58,749 nt of DNA from Octopus sinensis (taxonomy: Eukaryota): NCBI RefSeq assembly GCF_006345805.1, contig NW_021833002.1, positions 1 to 58,749 on the forward strand. Reading direction: 5' to 3'. Under the pieces are notes generated by a model. That model did not search any database. It was not told where the DNA came from and saw only the letters and a program-made list of their open reading frames with translations. Both the position numbers and the translations under genes were made by a program. Positions 11,411 to 24,508 of the stretch are shown piece by piece (position 1 is the stretch's first letter; each line of letters begins with the position of its first letter).

Positions 11411-14400
11411 CATTTCATTTTGTAACCCTCTGTTTTCTACTTTTTTCTTAGTCCCTTACGTTACAATGGCCTCAAGTTTGGTTTGGATAAGATCGTATAA
11501 AAAAACGGAATACTGTCTTACCCTACCTACGTCTCTATTGAGACGTAATTTATTCGAAATTGTCTGCTGTCCTAGAAGCACTGAGGTTTATATGATGATA
11601 GAAGTCAAATCTCAGACAATTTTCCAGTATGCTACAATGATTGTCAAACAGAATATTAGACAAACTAGTAAGAACCCCTCGACATTAAGAGAACTCTGTC
11701 TATTGAGTGGTTATATCTAGAATGAAATGTTTACGAACAGCAAAAAATTGAAGTTAACAAAATTAAAAATATTAAAAATAACTTTGAATCCCTCAACTGA
11801 AAATTAATTACAGATGATTGTGTACATGAACCAAAGCAAATTCTCCAATTTAAAACAAAAGGTATTGTTCTTCTTACAAAAGCAACCCTTTAAAGCGTTC
11901 TTTTTCATAATTTTACCATTTCCGATATGTTTTATTAAACTTTATGCTTCACTTAACTATAGTAATTTTGATGTTTTCTCAAATATTGGAATTATTTTAC
12001 TGTTTACTGATGTTGTTCTCCTATCTAATACTGTTACAAATGTGTTTATGTGCGAAAAATTTAAATTAGTTTTATACACGTTCTGGCCTGGAACACACCT
12101 GACTATAATCTGCAACGATTAAACTTTTTCAAACATTCACTTAATATGAACAGTTTTGTTTTATGTTTTTCGCTTCTCGGTTTATTTTTTCATGTTTTTA
12201 AAAGTATAATTTCCAAAAGTAAAAGAAAATTATTCTTCTTAAACAAAAACAAATCTATTTTCTTTCTTTAAGCCAATCGCTTTGTAGTTTAATATAACAA
12301 GAGTCTAAACTAGACGTTTCAAACAGTTTCTGTGCATGAATGAGAAATATTCAAGATTATTGCATGCAAATAACATTATTTTATAAATGGGTTTTGTAAA
12401 TGAATTACAATAGAGGAGGGTGGCTAAGTTTTATTTCAGGGTGTTATCAGGGTACGTTAACACATTAAATCACTTCGGGTGGGTAATCTCTATCATCGTG
12501 TACAATCAAAGTAGATCAATACACCACGGATATTTTAGCTTCCTCTGAACATTTACAATCGAAGAATGGGTACTTTATTTGCAACGGGGTACTTTGTTAG
12601 GAACTGGGTACTTTGTTAGGAACTAGATACTTTCATTCCTACTCTTATGAACTTGATGAATCAGTTTTTGTCAAGAGATTCAATTAATTAAATTCCCATC
12701 AAATGTCTGCTGTCCTTGCTTATTTCTAACTAGTGTCTTGGTTCTTATGACGTCACTGGAGATGGAAGCCGCTTTTGTGACATCCATGCCTTTCCCATAA
12801 GTATTAACTGACAGAAGCGATATGAAAATATCTGCAATTTCTGATGAGACTCCAGCATGACCACAGTCCACTTGTAAAAGAGAAAATTAGGAATTGAAAC
12901 TGAATCATGGTATCGGCACCACGGCGCCTGCCTCTATTGAGTTGGCCAATGCATACATACATACATACATACATACATACATACATACATACATACATAC
13001 ATACATACATACATACATACATACAATTACTACTATAACAACTACTACTACTAATATAGTCTTAATTACATTTCACAGTTTAATGTTAATATTGAATATA
13101 GATTTCAAAAGATTAAAGAGTTTGAAATAATTATCTGAATAATCTGAGAATGAGAGAAAATCAAAACGAAAAACTAAGGAGGAGGGGAAGGAGGTGGGGG
13201 GGAATCCAAGAAGGGAGGAGGTGGGGTCCAAGAAAGGAGGGGGTGAGGGTTCCTAAAAGCAAGGGGTGAAGGTGCCAAGACAATTTAGTAATTTCTTTTT
13301 TTTAATTTGAAATTACTGAAACTGCTGCTTAACGAAGAGTGGCAACATGGTATTTATCTAATACCATTTTTTTGTTTGTGTTTTGTTTTTTCCGCTTTTA
13401 TTTTTTGTTATGGATTAATCTAAACTTGGTTCGATCTCATGACTAAGAATTGATTGCAACACTCTTGAGTGGTAATATAAATTAATACAGTAGAGAAATA
13501 ATCTGGATTCCTTTTTAATATTTACTCCAAGAAACTAATCGAATTAAAGAAGAAAAGACATTTTAATAGAATTCACTTTCACTCCAAAGAAATTTTTCAA
13601 ACAAATCAAGTTTTTTTTTATTAAGCCGTTTTGTCGAAAATAGGATTAAACTTGCTTTGTTCAGATGTCTAATTGGAAAGAAGTGGTTTATAATTAAGAT
13701 GTAAATTAGTATAAAGACAAATAGATGACTGAAGAATTTACAAAATTAGAAGAAATGATTTTTTTTCTTTTTAAAGAAGCTTTCTTTATCGAGTTTTGTT
13801 GGAGATTTTTTTTTATGAAATAAATATAAATTTATCGATGTGCAAGGCATTTTAAGGGAAATAATCCTTGATTTAGGGAAACATGCGAAAATTTATATAA
13901 AATGAGAACCGCATCTTTTGTTAAATAATTTTCCAGTTACTGTTTTCATCAAAGCCTTGGCTATGGTTTTAATTTTGAATCAAAAAAAAGTAATAATAAA
14001 AGAAATTGATTATAATTGCTTGTGGAGGCAGTTTCCGATCGATACGAGTAGCGGCACTAGTTTTATCAAGAGAAAAATCTATCATGGCCGTAGATATTTT
14101 TACTGCGTTGATCAAAGCAAAGCATTAGCTACAACAGTTTTTATGGCTTTCAATTTCGTTTTCTATTTTTGATGTCTTGCAATGTTAAACTTTTTTTTAT
14201 TTTTTTAATCATCGAGGATTTCTTAATTAAAGCATAGATACTTTGTTATTTGTAATTATCTGTTTGTTTGTTTTTTTTTATTTATAATTATTCATTTTTA
14301 TACGAAAACAATAAGCAAGCACAAAAACAAAATGAAAAAGACGAAAATATGCATTTGTTGTTATAAACCAGATTAAGTAAATTGTCTAAACTAAACAGCC

Positions 14401-14928
14401 ATTTCAATTAGAAGGGAAAGTGCATGAACAATGGTGACCTTTCTCAATGTGTCCAGAGAAAGGCTAATGAATTAGTCTGAAGCTAGATAAACGGATGGGG
14501 AGTTTTACGACAGTAAATACGAAGATAAAAAAATAACTTACAAACTTCTTTTATTAATTGGTAGTTGGTGGGGTAGTTTTTTAATTTTAAAATTTTTTTT
14601 TAAACAAAACCAAAGGTTGATTGGCTGAGCTCCATTCTCTCAATTTATTTCGTTTTCTCTCACCACAAGCGTGTTGTCATTTTTGATAGAATGAGCGACT
14701 TGTTGTTCAGATCTACACATATAAGTATTTGAACGCAGACTGTTGCGAAGACAGACATAGATTCATATTGATGTGTTTAATAAGCATTAAATGCTCCACT
14801 TAATCATTATATAAAAAACAGTTTGCGTTTGTTTGTTTGCTTTTTTAATAACTGAAGTGAAAAATAAAAAAGAAAAGTTTTAGTTAAAATAAATTCACAA
14901 AGTAAATAGTTGTTTGAATAATCAACAG

Positions 14929-14976
14929 GCTGGGATAATGGCGGCACAGAACAAGAAATATATCATTAGTGATGAG
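14929..14976 (+). other. Candidate start exon (MAAQNKKYIISDE)
   Basis: CAACAG| acceptor, ATG at 14938 in an ATA-ATG-G context, GAG|GTTAAT donor (weak). A CCAAT box (GATTGG) lies about 310 bp upstream. Confidence 0.25.
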
Positions 14977-15299
14977 GTTAATGAAGAGGAGGGAGGAGGA
15001 GATATGATGATGATCATGATGATGATGATCATGATGATGATCATGATGATGATGATCATGATGATGATGATGAAGAGGAGCAGGATAAGGAAGACGATTA
15101 TGATTTATGATAATGATGAAGAGGAATTGGAGGAAGTAAAATGTTAATGACGGTGGTGGTGGTGGTAATGATAATGGTGGGGTACTGCTTCTTCTAGTAA
15201 CGATGCTGATGGTGATGCTGATGCTGATGCTGATGGTGACGGTGATGGTAATAGCGTTTCTCCCACCCCCAACAAAAATCCTAATTTGGTGACAATGCT

Positions 15300-15560
15300 A
15301 AATGAATGTTACATCCTATTGATGCAGGTTCCCTTGGATGCAGTGTCTTTCGCCATCCAACTAAAATGCAAGTGGTTGAGTATTCCACAGATGTAATCCT
15401 CAGGCGGAATACCTCCGTTACGCTTTTCATGAATCTTATTGCATCCACAAGATGTGCATTGGAGAACTGGTGTAGAAAACTAGATTCATTCAAGATGCCA
15501 CGCAAAAGAATCGAACCCGATTGTCGTGGTTGTGAAGCGAGTTTCTTAACTATATATACA
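15300..15560 (-). mobile_element. Old tRNA-derived SINE remnant
   Basis: Minus-strand TAGTTAAGAAACTCGCTTCACAACCACGACAATCGGGTTCGATTCTTTTGCGTGGCATCTTG resembles the family A head and B box. Confidence 0.5.
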
Positions 15561-15564
15561 TGGG

Positions 15565-15605
<41 letters not shown>

Positions 15606-15606
15606 C

Positions 15607-15644
<38 letters not shown>

Positions 15645-15653
15645 AAGATAGAT

Positions 15654-15728
<75 letters not shown>

Positions 15729-16347
15729 CAGACAGATATCAGTCTTTCTCTCTCTCTCTCTCTCAAACAAATATATATACATCCATTTTATATGTATATA
15801 AAATACATACCTTTATGTTACATACGTGTATTATATAATAAAGCATGATATATGATACACACACATACACTCATGTATACGTATACATATATATGTATAT
15901 GTATATATATAATATAATTTTATATATATATATATTTTATATATATATATATATATTATATATATATATATATATATGCGTGTATATATATAGATAGATA
16001 TATTACATTACATTGAAGTATCAGAAAACTCACTGAATGTGAAAAGCTGTTTTCATATGTTTTATACGTACGTTCCTTAAAGATGTATATGTATACACAC
16101 ACATACACACACACACATATGCATAGATGCAGACACACATACATCGCACATACATACACACACCTCACATACACATACTCACACAACTGTACTTATCATT
16201 TATGTAGAGCGTTTTTGCCTGTGCTGAGTACAAATTCCACAGCATCAACTTCGCTTTTGAGCTTTTCAGGATCGAAAATTTAAGTACCAGTGATCTCCTG
16301 CGGTCGATTCCTATCCTCTTCCCCACCTCTGTCCTTCTTCGTCGTAG

Positions 16348-16474
16348 AACTCCTCGACCGCTGTGCCGTCGTCTTCTTGTTCTTCTTCCTCTCTCACACG
16401 CAATCAGCTACACTGCCTTGTGAGAGGACCATGGGACACCATTCACAGTGACCCATTTCCTCCAAGAAACGGAG
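16348..16474 (+). other. Candidate exon, 127 nt (coding NSSTAVPSSSCSSSSLTRNQLHCLVRGPWDTIHSDPFPPRNG, or 5' UTR)
   Basis: Long polypyrimidine tract plus TAG| acceptor, and a consensus GAG|GTAAGT donor. One frame is open. An alternative acceptor is CTTTTCAG| at 16269. Confidence 0.45.
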
Positions 16475-17929
16475 GTAAGTTGAACAAGTAGCTAACAATT
16501 TCTTCTAAATTCGTCTTCCCACAAAACTTGCCCACAGAATCTATAAATATGGTGGCCAACGTGGGCACAGAGCGACAGGCGAGCGTGTTGTGTGACACAG
16601 AGAACTGCGTAAAAATATGGCCTGGGTCTCGGTTAATCTTACTACAAATGCATCCAAAATATGAATGGAATTATAATCGAAGACGAAGCTGATTATAGCT
16701 CACCTTGGGGTCAACAGCAACAACAACCACAACAAACTCTACTGTTGTACTCTAGCACACAAAAACCTCAAACCACACCAACTTCTGCGGCTGTATTCCG
16801 CCATATTTCAGCCCCTTCAACAAATTCAACAACAAACAGAATATATTAGAGATTTATAGATTTACTTCTTTATTTTTTTAGCCACTTCGTATCTTTCCTT
16901 TTGATATTCTACGTGGTTTTTATTGTATCAAAGTCCTTTTGATTTCCTGAATAGATTCAAGATTTTCACACTATTTGTTTTCCAATACACATAATTGTGT
17001 TTTGGTAACAAAATACAAATAAATATTTGAAAGCGAGTTAATGGAGTAAAAAAAAATGAAATTTAATTTAATTTTGCTGTTTATCCAGAGCGAAGAGCCA
17101 TTAAGTTAGTGAGGCATACTGTTGTAAGTGTTGTTGACAAAGTTGACCCATGCTTATAATGGAATAATCGTGTCGATGGTGTTCTGCATCACATCACCTG
17201 CAAAGAGATGCACTGTTTAACGAGAATGGTTGTGGCGGTGGCAGCGGCGGCGACGACGACGCCCGGTGGCGGTGTTGGAGAGAGAACTGTAAAAGTAGCG
17301 GTATGGAATAAAATAGAATAGGATATCTACATAAATCGGCTGCTTCCTCTACCACTTCCTGGCTCTCTCTTTCTCCCCCCCTCTCTCTCTCTTTCTCTCT
17401 CCCTTCTTCGTCATTTCAAAAAGCAACAACAAACGATAACTCTAATGAAGAAAGAAAGAAAGCAAGCTGGTAAATAGAGAAACAACCATGGAATTCGATG
17501 GAATTCGATTGGAGAGGTTGTAATTTCAATAGATAGAAGGGGAGACAATTTGGAAGTTCAGCAAGTATGGATGAAACTGGAAAATGTATACACATACACA
17601 TACATATATGTATACATACATACACACACATATATGTATACATAAATGTGTATATATATATCACCTTTGAAACACGCTGGAGTTGAACTAGGGACAGCTG
17701 ATGAAGGGGATTTTTCCTTGTGTAGTTGTCTTGTACTCTGTTTTTTCGTTGTTAAAAAAATTGGTCCGTTCCATGCTTGTTTTTACTTTTTCGTTTCTCG
17801 TTGAGTTTTACGTCTAGTTGTGGTATCCTGTACTCACGTATATATATTTATATATGCATGTATATATACATGTAGATGTAGGTACGTACATATATGTTTG
17901 TATGTATGCATATATTTTATTTATTACAC

Positions 17930-17993
<64 letters not shown>

Positions 17994-18001
<8 letters not shown>

Positions 18002-19131
18002 GGCTTAGTAAAATAAATTACTTTGCCGCATACTGAACTCATTAGAAATAGCAGCTAAAAAAAACATTTATAAAACTATTTCTAATACTTAAAGAAAACC
18101 TCTCTCATATAGTGTTTGCTCAATTCAACTCACGAAAGTATGGGGGTAGAGACATTAAAAATCAAATGCAAAGGTTATTTGAGAACGTACGTTTCAAGAT
18201 TAGTCAAAATCGACATTTCTATCATCAGCTCAGAACTCCCTGGTTTGAATTTGAAAACACTGAAAGTGGGAGCATACCCTTTCGGCTTCTTATCGCTTCT
18301 GAAGATCCGCTCGAAACTAACAGTGCCAACAAACTCAAAAATGCAAGCGAAGAATTTCTGCTCTCCCCTTTCCCACCAGCGTGGGTTAAAATCAGTAAAC
18401 ACTATGCTTTTCTCGGTAAAATCCGAGGCATTTAAATAGAGAGAGATGAATTATAATTTCAACAATTGAGGGTAAAATTAATTAATTAATCAATTTCACC
18501 AAGTATTCAGTATGCAAAGGGACCATTTAAGGCGAATTCAAATTATTACATTATATAAAAGGGCTTAGTAAAATAAATTACTTTGCCGCATACTGAACTC
18601 ATTAGAAATAGCAGCTAAAAAAAACATTTATAAAACTATTTCTAATACTTAAAGAAAGGGGAGAGCAGAAATTCTTCGCTTGCATATTTGAGTTTGCTGG
18701 CACTGTTAGTTTCGAGCGGATCTTCAGAAGCGATAAGAAGCCGAAAGGGTATGCTCCCACTTTCAGTGTTTTCAAATCCAAACCAGGGAGTTCTGAGCTG
18801 ATGATAGAAATGTCGATTTTGACTAATCTTGAAACGTACGTTCTCAAATAACCTTTGCATTTGATTTTTTAATGTCTCTACCCCCATACTTTCGTGAGTT
18901 GAATTGAGCAAACACTATATGAGAGAGGTTTTCTTTAAGTATTAGAAATAGTTTTATAAAGGTTTTTTTTAGCTGCTATTTCTAATGAGTTCAGTATGCG
19001 GCAAAGTAATTTATTTTACTAAGCCCTTTTATATAATGTAATAATTTGAATTCGCCTTAAATGGTCCCTTTGCATACTGAATACTTGGTGAAATTGATTA
19101 ATTAATTAATTTTACCCTCAATTGTTGAAAT
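17994..19131. repeat. 560-bp unit in partial tandem (1.2 copies) followed by an inverted copy, embedded in (TA)n
   Basis: AAAAGGGCTTAGTAAAATAAATTAC recurs at 17997 and 18557 (period 560). 18654-19033 is the near-perfect reverse complement of 17994-18372, and 18930-19131 is the reverse complement of 18456-18657. Confidence 0.95.
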
Positions 19132-20753
19132 ATATATATATATATATATATATGTACTCGCGGTAGGATGTCACATATGGAATGGAGTTGAGTTCAGTTG
19201 AAAAACTTTGATTCACTGAGATGATCCAAGCAATTAATAGATAAAATCTCCCTCTAGAAGTGTTTTGAACCTAAATATTTACACTATGGGAGATAACCCC
19301 CGATAAGATCAGCTAATCAAAATCTTTAAATAATCTTTTCAATAGAAATTGGAGTTTGGTCTTTTAAGCCAACTGAAAACAGCAGTGGACATATTTCGGT
19401 CGTATTAAATCTCATCAAGAAAGAATATTTTACTTATTTGACAAGACTTAGGTATGAATAGTGTGTATGGATGTATGTGTGTGTGTGTGCGCGCGCGCGT
19501 GTCTGTGTGTGTGTCAGTGTGTGTGTGTGTGTGTGTGTGTGTATGTTTGTGTGTGTGCGTGTGTGTAGAAACAGAGAGGTTGTGATATGTATGCTTAGAA
19601 ATAGAGTGAGTTCGTGAGTGTAAATGTGATAGAGGGACTGGATCACGTATGAATGTATGTGTGCATATATATATTACATATATATTCACATACACACACA
19701 CATTATATGTATGCATGTATGAATGTGTGTGTGTGTGTTTATGTATAGAACGAGAAGAGATGTTGTGATGTTCATTATGAATACCACCAAAATGATTGAA
19801 GATAAAATACTTCAGATATTTTTCTAGCTACTCATTGGTTTATTGAAGGACCTGTAAACTATGGAGGGCGTTTCCTTTACATATGACATAATTACCTTTC
19901 AATTTCATTCAACTGTAGCTTTCTAACAAAATTATTTAAAATATTTCTCTCTGTGGATGCTATAACTTCTTGCTGGAATTCTCATTCAATAATGTCTCCT
20001 GGAATAAGTGGTTACTCGTAAATTATCACAAAAGACCATAATGGGTGTGCTTTTATTTAATCCACGGAGCATTTACGTTGTCTCTCAGCCTAATTGTCAA
20101 ATCTCCTATAAATTACACACTACGCTCTTAAAGAGATATATTAGTGACCTTTAAATATTTTCTCTTTAAGATCATAGTAAAGTTTTAGCTATTCGCCTTT
20201 TACCACAGATTTTCTCTGACCAACCGCAGACCAGTATTTTCTCAGCTGATTTTGGTTATATAAAGAGAACTTAAACTGTTTCATCTGCTTCTTTAATCAT
20301 CAGCAAATATCGATGCAACAGGAACCAACAAAAATTTCTCATTTTATCAAGTCTCAAATAACAAGAAACGTTTAAGCTGAACAATAGATAAATTCGCCGT
20401 ATCTCATTTTTTCCACCAGTTTTCTGTTGCACAAATGTAGCCACTTCAGCTCACCTTTTTATCTGTTAGGGAATAGTTGCCAGATTTTTATGGAATGTGA
20501 CCTAAAATAGATTTTGATGACCTATCCAGGGGGGAAATTAATTACCATTTTTTATTAACGTTCAAAATGCTCATCACTAAACACCATTCTTGAAGAAGCA
20601 CTCTGGGACTCAAGAAACTTTGTTCTATTTGTTTTCAATTTTTAGCTTGTTTTTTTTTCAGTCGATATTGGTTATATATGAAGTTGATCTATTATAGATA
20701 TGAGGTGTAAATGAAGTTCATCAAATTCCATTATTTTCCTTTCCTCCCTTCAG

Positions 20754-20784
20754 AAAGATTGATTACCGGAGAATCGATTCCAAG
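20754..20784 (+). other. Candidate 31-nt coding exon (ERLITGESIP or KIDYRRIDSK depending on phase)
   Basis: TTATTTTCCTTTCCTCCCTTCAG| acceptor and AAG|GTAAAT donor around a GC-richer 31-mer. Two of the three frames are open. Confidence 0.55.
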
Positions 20785-21837
20785 GTAAATGTGAGTTGTG
20801 TTTTATTAGATATTCAAAACAGGCCATTATATATTCGAGAGAATAAAGTCAGTTGTTCACTACAATAGCTTAATATTTTCTGAATAATATATCTGTCTTG
20901 ATTAAATGGTATGAACCAATTCTAATTAGTATGCTCATAGAAGAAGAGAATACGTCAACAGAATCTGGACACGAGCTAGTGACTCGCGGCAGTGAATTAA
21001 TTCCGATTTTATACTAGAATTTTCAATTAAGTAAACAGGAAAAATGATAACAATAAGAATATTAAATCCAATAATTGCTATTCAAATATCAGGGAAAAAA
21101 ACATATTTGGTCAATTGAAATGATTGTGACTAAATAATATTTATTAAAAATGCGTTCAAAGAGAATTATTAAAAGAGACAACATTTATGCATTCACTAAT
21201 GGGACAATGGAACCACAGAAAAATCTTTGTAACAAATTTAGAAAGAAAAGACTTGAAATATCAAACATTGGTGGACGGTGTGGTGGCGATGGTGGAGGGG
21301 GAGTGCCAGCCTCGCAACCAATCACAGAAATATTTACATTAAAAAATTGGCATCGATATACGGAAGCTAATTGCGTTTTTATCATTCTTTTTCTTGTTTT
21401 CCTTTTTTTAAGTAAATTGTTGGTTTATTTTCGATTTTTTTATTTCCTTTCCGAATGTCCCAGACTATGTGAGTAAAATAGGAATTAGCAATGCTCATGC
21501 TTCTCTCAAAGGTGTTACTAGTAAAAGTAAAATAAAATATTTTCAACTAAGAATCGAACTGGAATCCAGCTGTTGACTCAGGCAGTCGTTCAATTAAAAA
21601 AAGGTCTTACGTAAAGTTTGGGGACAGAAAATATATTGATATTATTTTACTAGGGGCAAGCAATGAAATATATTTAATTATATTATTAATTACATTCTAA
21701 TTAGATAAGCGATGTGTTCTACTGTAACAATTATGTTAAGAGTTGTACTGAATGTTGTGTAAAAAAAAATATTAAAATTTATCTCTGTGCTGGAGAAAGG
21801 AAACAAAACCTAGCGGCAATCGAAAGCAACTCTTAAA

Positions 21838-21925
21838 CATTAATCTACATGTTAATCTACATGTTTAGGATGTAGTTAATCTACATGTTTAATCTACATG
21901 TTGATTCTATGTTTAATCTACATAT
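21838..21925. repeat. Short minisatellite (TTAATCTACATGT)n
   Basis: About six imperfect 12-13-bp units. Confidence 0.85.
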
Positions 21926-22689
21926 TTAGGATAAGGCCAGTCTGGTTTGTGTCTGAAGAGAAGGGAGACAACTTTGGGCATGTTTCAATCTGTTAGACAT
22001 CATAAACTTGCAGATCTTTTCATAGATTTGAATACAAAGAAAAATAACTACGTATAATTTTGTGCCAAAATAATTGACATAATTCAAAATATAAGGAAGG
22101 TGAGGGAACATAACTCAGCTACACCAATGACATGAATGTTTAGATGGAAATATCAAACTAAAAAAATGCTTTCATTGAAATTTAGAAAACAAAATTCTAG
22201 CCTCATTGTTAGTAAGTTTCAAGACAAAGGGGGAGATAAAGACATTTAAAAATTAAGCTTTCTGTGCATATTTCATTAAACTTCGGGTGGGAAGTAAAGG
22301 GTAACCTTTATCTTGTTGTAGAAACTAAATGTGTCAAAAAACTCAATCGGGTGCTGTACCATTCCGTATTACAAACGGAATCGTCCATAATTTAATCTTA
22401 CGATAAAATTCGGAGCATTCAACAGTAAAAGTTAAATCATTGAAAGAAAAAACATTAAACACAAAATCTGCCAAAAGACTTTTTAATGTGTCATTTTTAA
22501 CTAATCAAAGAAAAAAATGACAGACTGTGTCATCATATATTTTTATGTAGGAGCGAAGAAGTGTAGACTCACCCCGACCCCCCACTGTCTGCAATAGACC
22601 GGAAGTCGATGTTTCTACTCGTAATTAATAATGAGAATAGTTCTTTCGGACTTTGGCAAAAAGGACAGCGATTTTAATAAAAGGTGGGG

Positions 22690-22895
22690 GGAGGGTTAGT
22701 CGATTATATCGACCCCAGTACTTGAGTGGTACATCGTCTTTCTTTACATTCTGAGTTCAAAATCCGCTGAGGTCGACTTTGCCTTTCATCCTTATGGTGT
22801 CGATAGAATAAGTACCAGTTGAGCACTGGGGACAATTTAATCGAGTTGCCCCTCCCCACGAAATCCAGGCCTTGTGCTAAAATTGGAAATCAATA
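22690..22895 (+). mobile_element. SINE family C fragment (Nin-domain-like core)
   Basis: CTGAGTTCAAAATCCGCTGAGGTCGACTTTGCCTTTCATCCTTATGGTGTCGATAGAATAAGTACCAGTT: a B-box-like motif followed by a segment resembling the Nin SINE core as I recall it. Confidence 0.7.
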
Positions 22896-22916
22896 TATTT
22901 TACAACTCTTATACAC

Positions 22917-22959
<43 letters not shown>

Positions 22960-23039
22960 TACACACACACACACCATACAATATCCAAAAAATAAAAGCA
23001 TTTTTAAAAAATCAAAAAATATCAACCACATTATGACTA

Positions 23040-23850
23040 GGTGTCAACAGTTTACTCAAAGTGACCGCCCTCAGCTTTCACCACGACCTCAAGACGGCTC
23101 CGGAACCTGGCGCATGCGTTTCTCACTGTGCCCCAAGGAAGATCTTCAAACACTTCTTTCATTTTGGCCACTAGCTCGGCCTTGGTGAGGCAGGCAGAGC
23201 GGTTGATGTCTTTCCCAACTGTGCCCAACACATGATAATCCATTGGATTACAATCGGGAGAATTAAGAAGCCAGAAATTGAAATTTGTGAAATGGTAGAA
23301 ATTCTCTGACAACCACATCTGTCTCTTTCCAGAGGTATAGCAATGAGCCGAGTCTTGCTGCCACACAAATGGCCTTCCAGTAGCAACCCTCTCAAGTGAG
23401 AGTCTGGCCACCGTCTGCAGCAGCTTTACATAACTGTCTGAATTAAGTCTGTCTCTGTTCGAAGATGTGGGCTGGCATGACGTCACCCTTTGACGTCAAC
23501 TCAAAGACAATCACAGGTTGGAGGAACTTGGTTTTCATGATACACGGGACCTGTTGTTGTGGGTGTTGTGCAACTGGTCCTGGCAGAAGTTCTTTTCATC
23601 TGAGAAGAACCAGATCATCCCTGTTTCGATAGGAGGCCTCAGCTTGTTCAGGAGCTTCTTTGCTTTCGTCAAGCGCTTCTCCTTGGCTGTCAGAATTTAT
23701 CACTTGAACCTCTTGTACGAGTGGTAGCGAAGGTTCTCATTGAGATCCAGCTTCATGGTGGCAACTCCAACACTCATCCATCTCGCCAAAGTTCGGACTC
23801 CCTTGCTCGGGTCTCCCTTGTCTCGGAGAGCGAACACAATCACAACGTTA
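23040..23850 (-). pseudogene. Mariner-like (DD34D-type) transposase remnant
   Basis: FVWQQDSAHC...NSPDCNPMDY...CARFRSRLEVVVKAEGGHFE. Upstream frames give WFFSDEKNFCQD (first Asp). Confidence 0.9.
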
Positions 23851-23869
23851 GCTGTGTCCCTTCCTGCTG

Positions 23870-24425
23870 GACAGCCAAAAGAAGCATTTTACCCTGACTG
23901 CCTTCTTCCAGCTTTTAAACATGGAGAAGGATCTGTGATGATGTGGGGGGGGGGCATATCTTGGAAATCCACCGACTCAATGGTTTCCCTTCATGGCAGA
24001 AATAATAGTCAAGACTATTTAAGCATTTTATCTGATCAAATTCATTTCCGGAGTGAAACACAATCTTTCAGGATGATAATGCACCAATTCACACAACTAA
24101 ATTTGTTACTGAATGGCAGGAGGAACATTCTAGGTAAGTTGAACATCTTATCTGGCCACTACACTCCCCAGATCTCAATATTATTGAACACTTATGATGC
24201 ATTTTAGAAAAACAAGTAAGGAGTCGATATGCTCCACCATCATCACTACTAGAACTGGAGACTGTTTTAGCTGAAGAATGGATAAAAATTCCTTTGGAAA
24301 CAATTCAAACTTTGTACGTGCCCATACCTCGTAGAATTCAAGCTGTAATTACTGCCGAAGGTGGTCCTACCCCATATTAAAATGAATTTGAAATGTTAAG
24401 GTTTTTCCATTATTTTGTCAAACCC

Positions 24426-24428
<3 letters not shown>
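23870..24428 (+). mobile_element. Tc1-like (DD34E) remnant with 3' TIR
   Basis: KHGEGSVMMWG, then DDNAPIH...HSPDLNIIEH...RRIQAVITAEGGPTPY*. The terminal CCATTATTTTGTCAAACCCCTG|TA is a Tc1-type TIR abutting (TA)n. Confidence 0.9.

Positions 24429-24508
<80 letters not shown>

Noticed and set aside
17100-17320. GC-rich island with a possible minus-strand acceptor (TCTCTTTGCAG|GTGATGTG...)
   Set aside because: All frames stop within about 15-30 codons, there is no convincing donor, and the GC richness comes from (GGC/GAC)n triplets.
17696-17725. CTGATGAAGGGGATTTTTCC hammerhead-like start
   Set aside because: No GAAA follows the stem. At most it is a decayed repeat fragment.
18112-18439. 107-aa ORFs within the 560-bp repeat and their mirror ORFs at 18602-18911
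   Set aside because: Overlapping frames on both strands with no motif. Better explained as part of a non-coding repeat.
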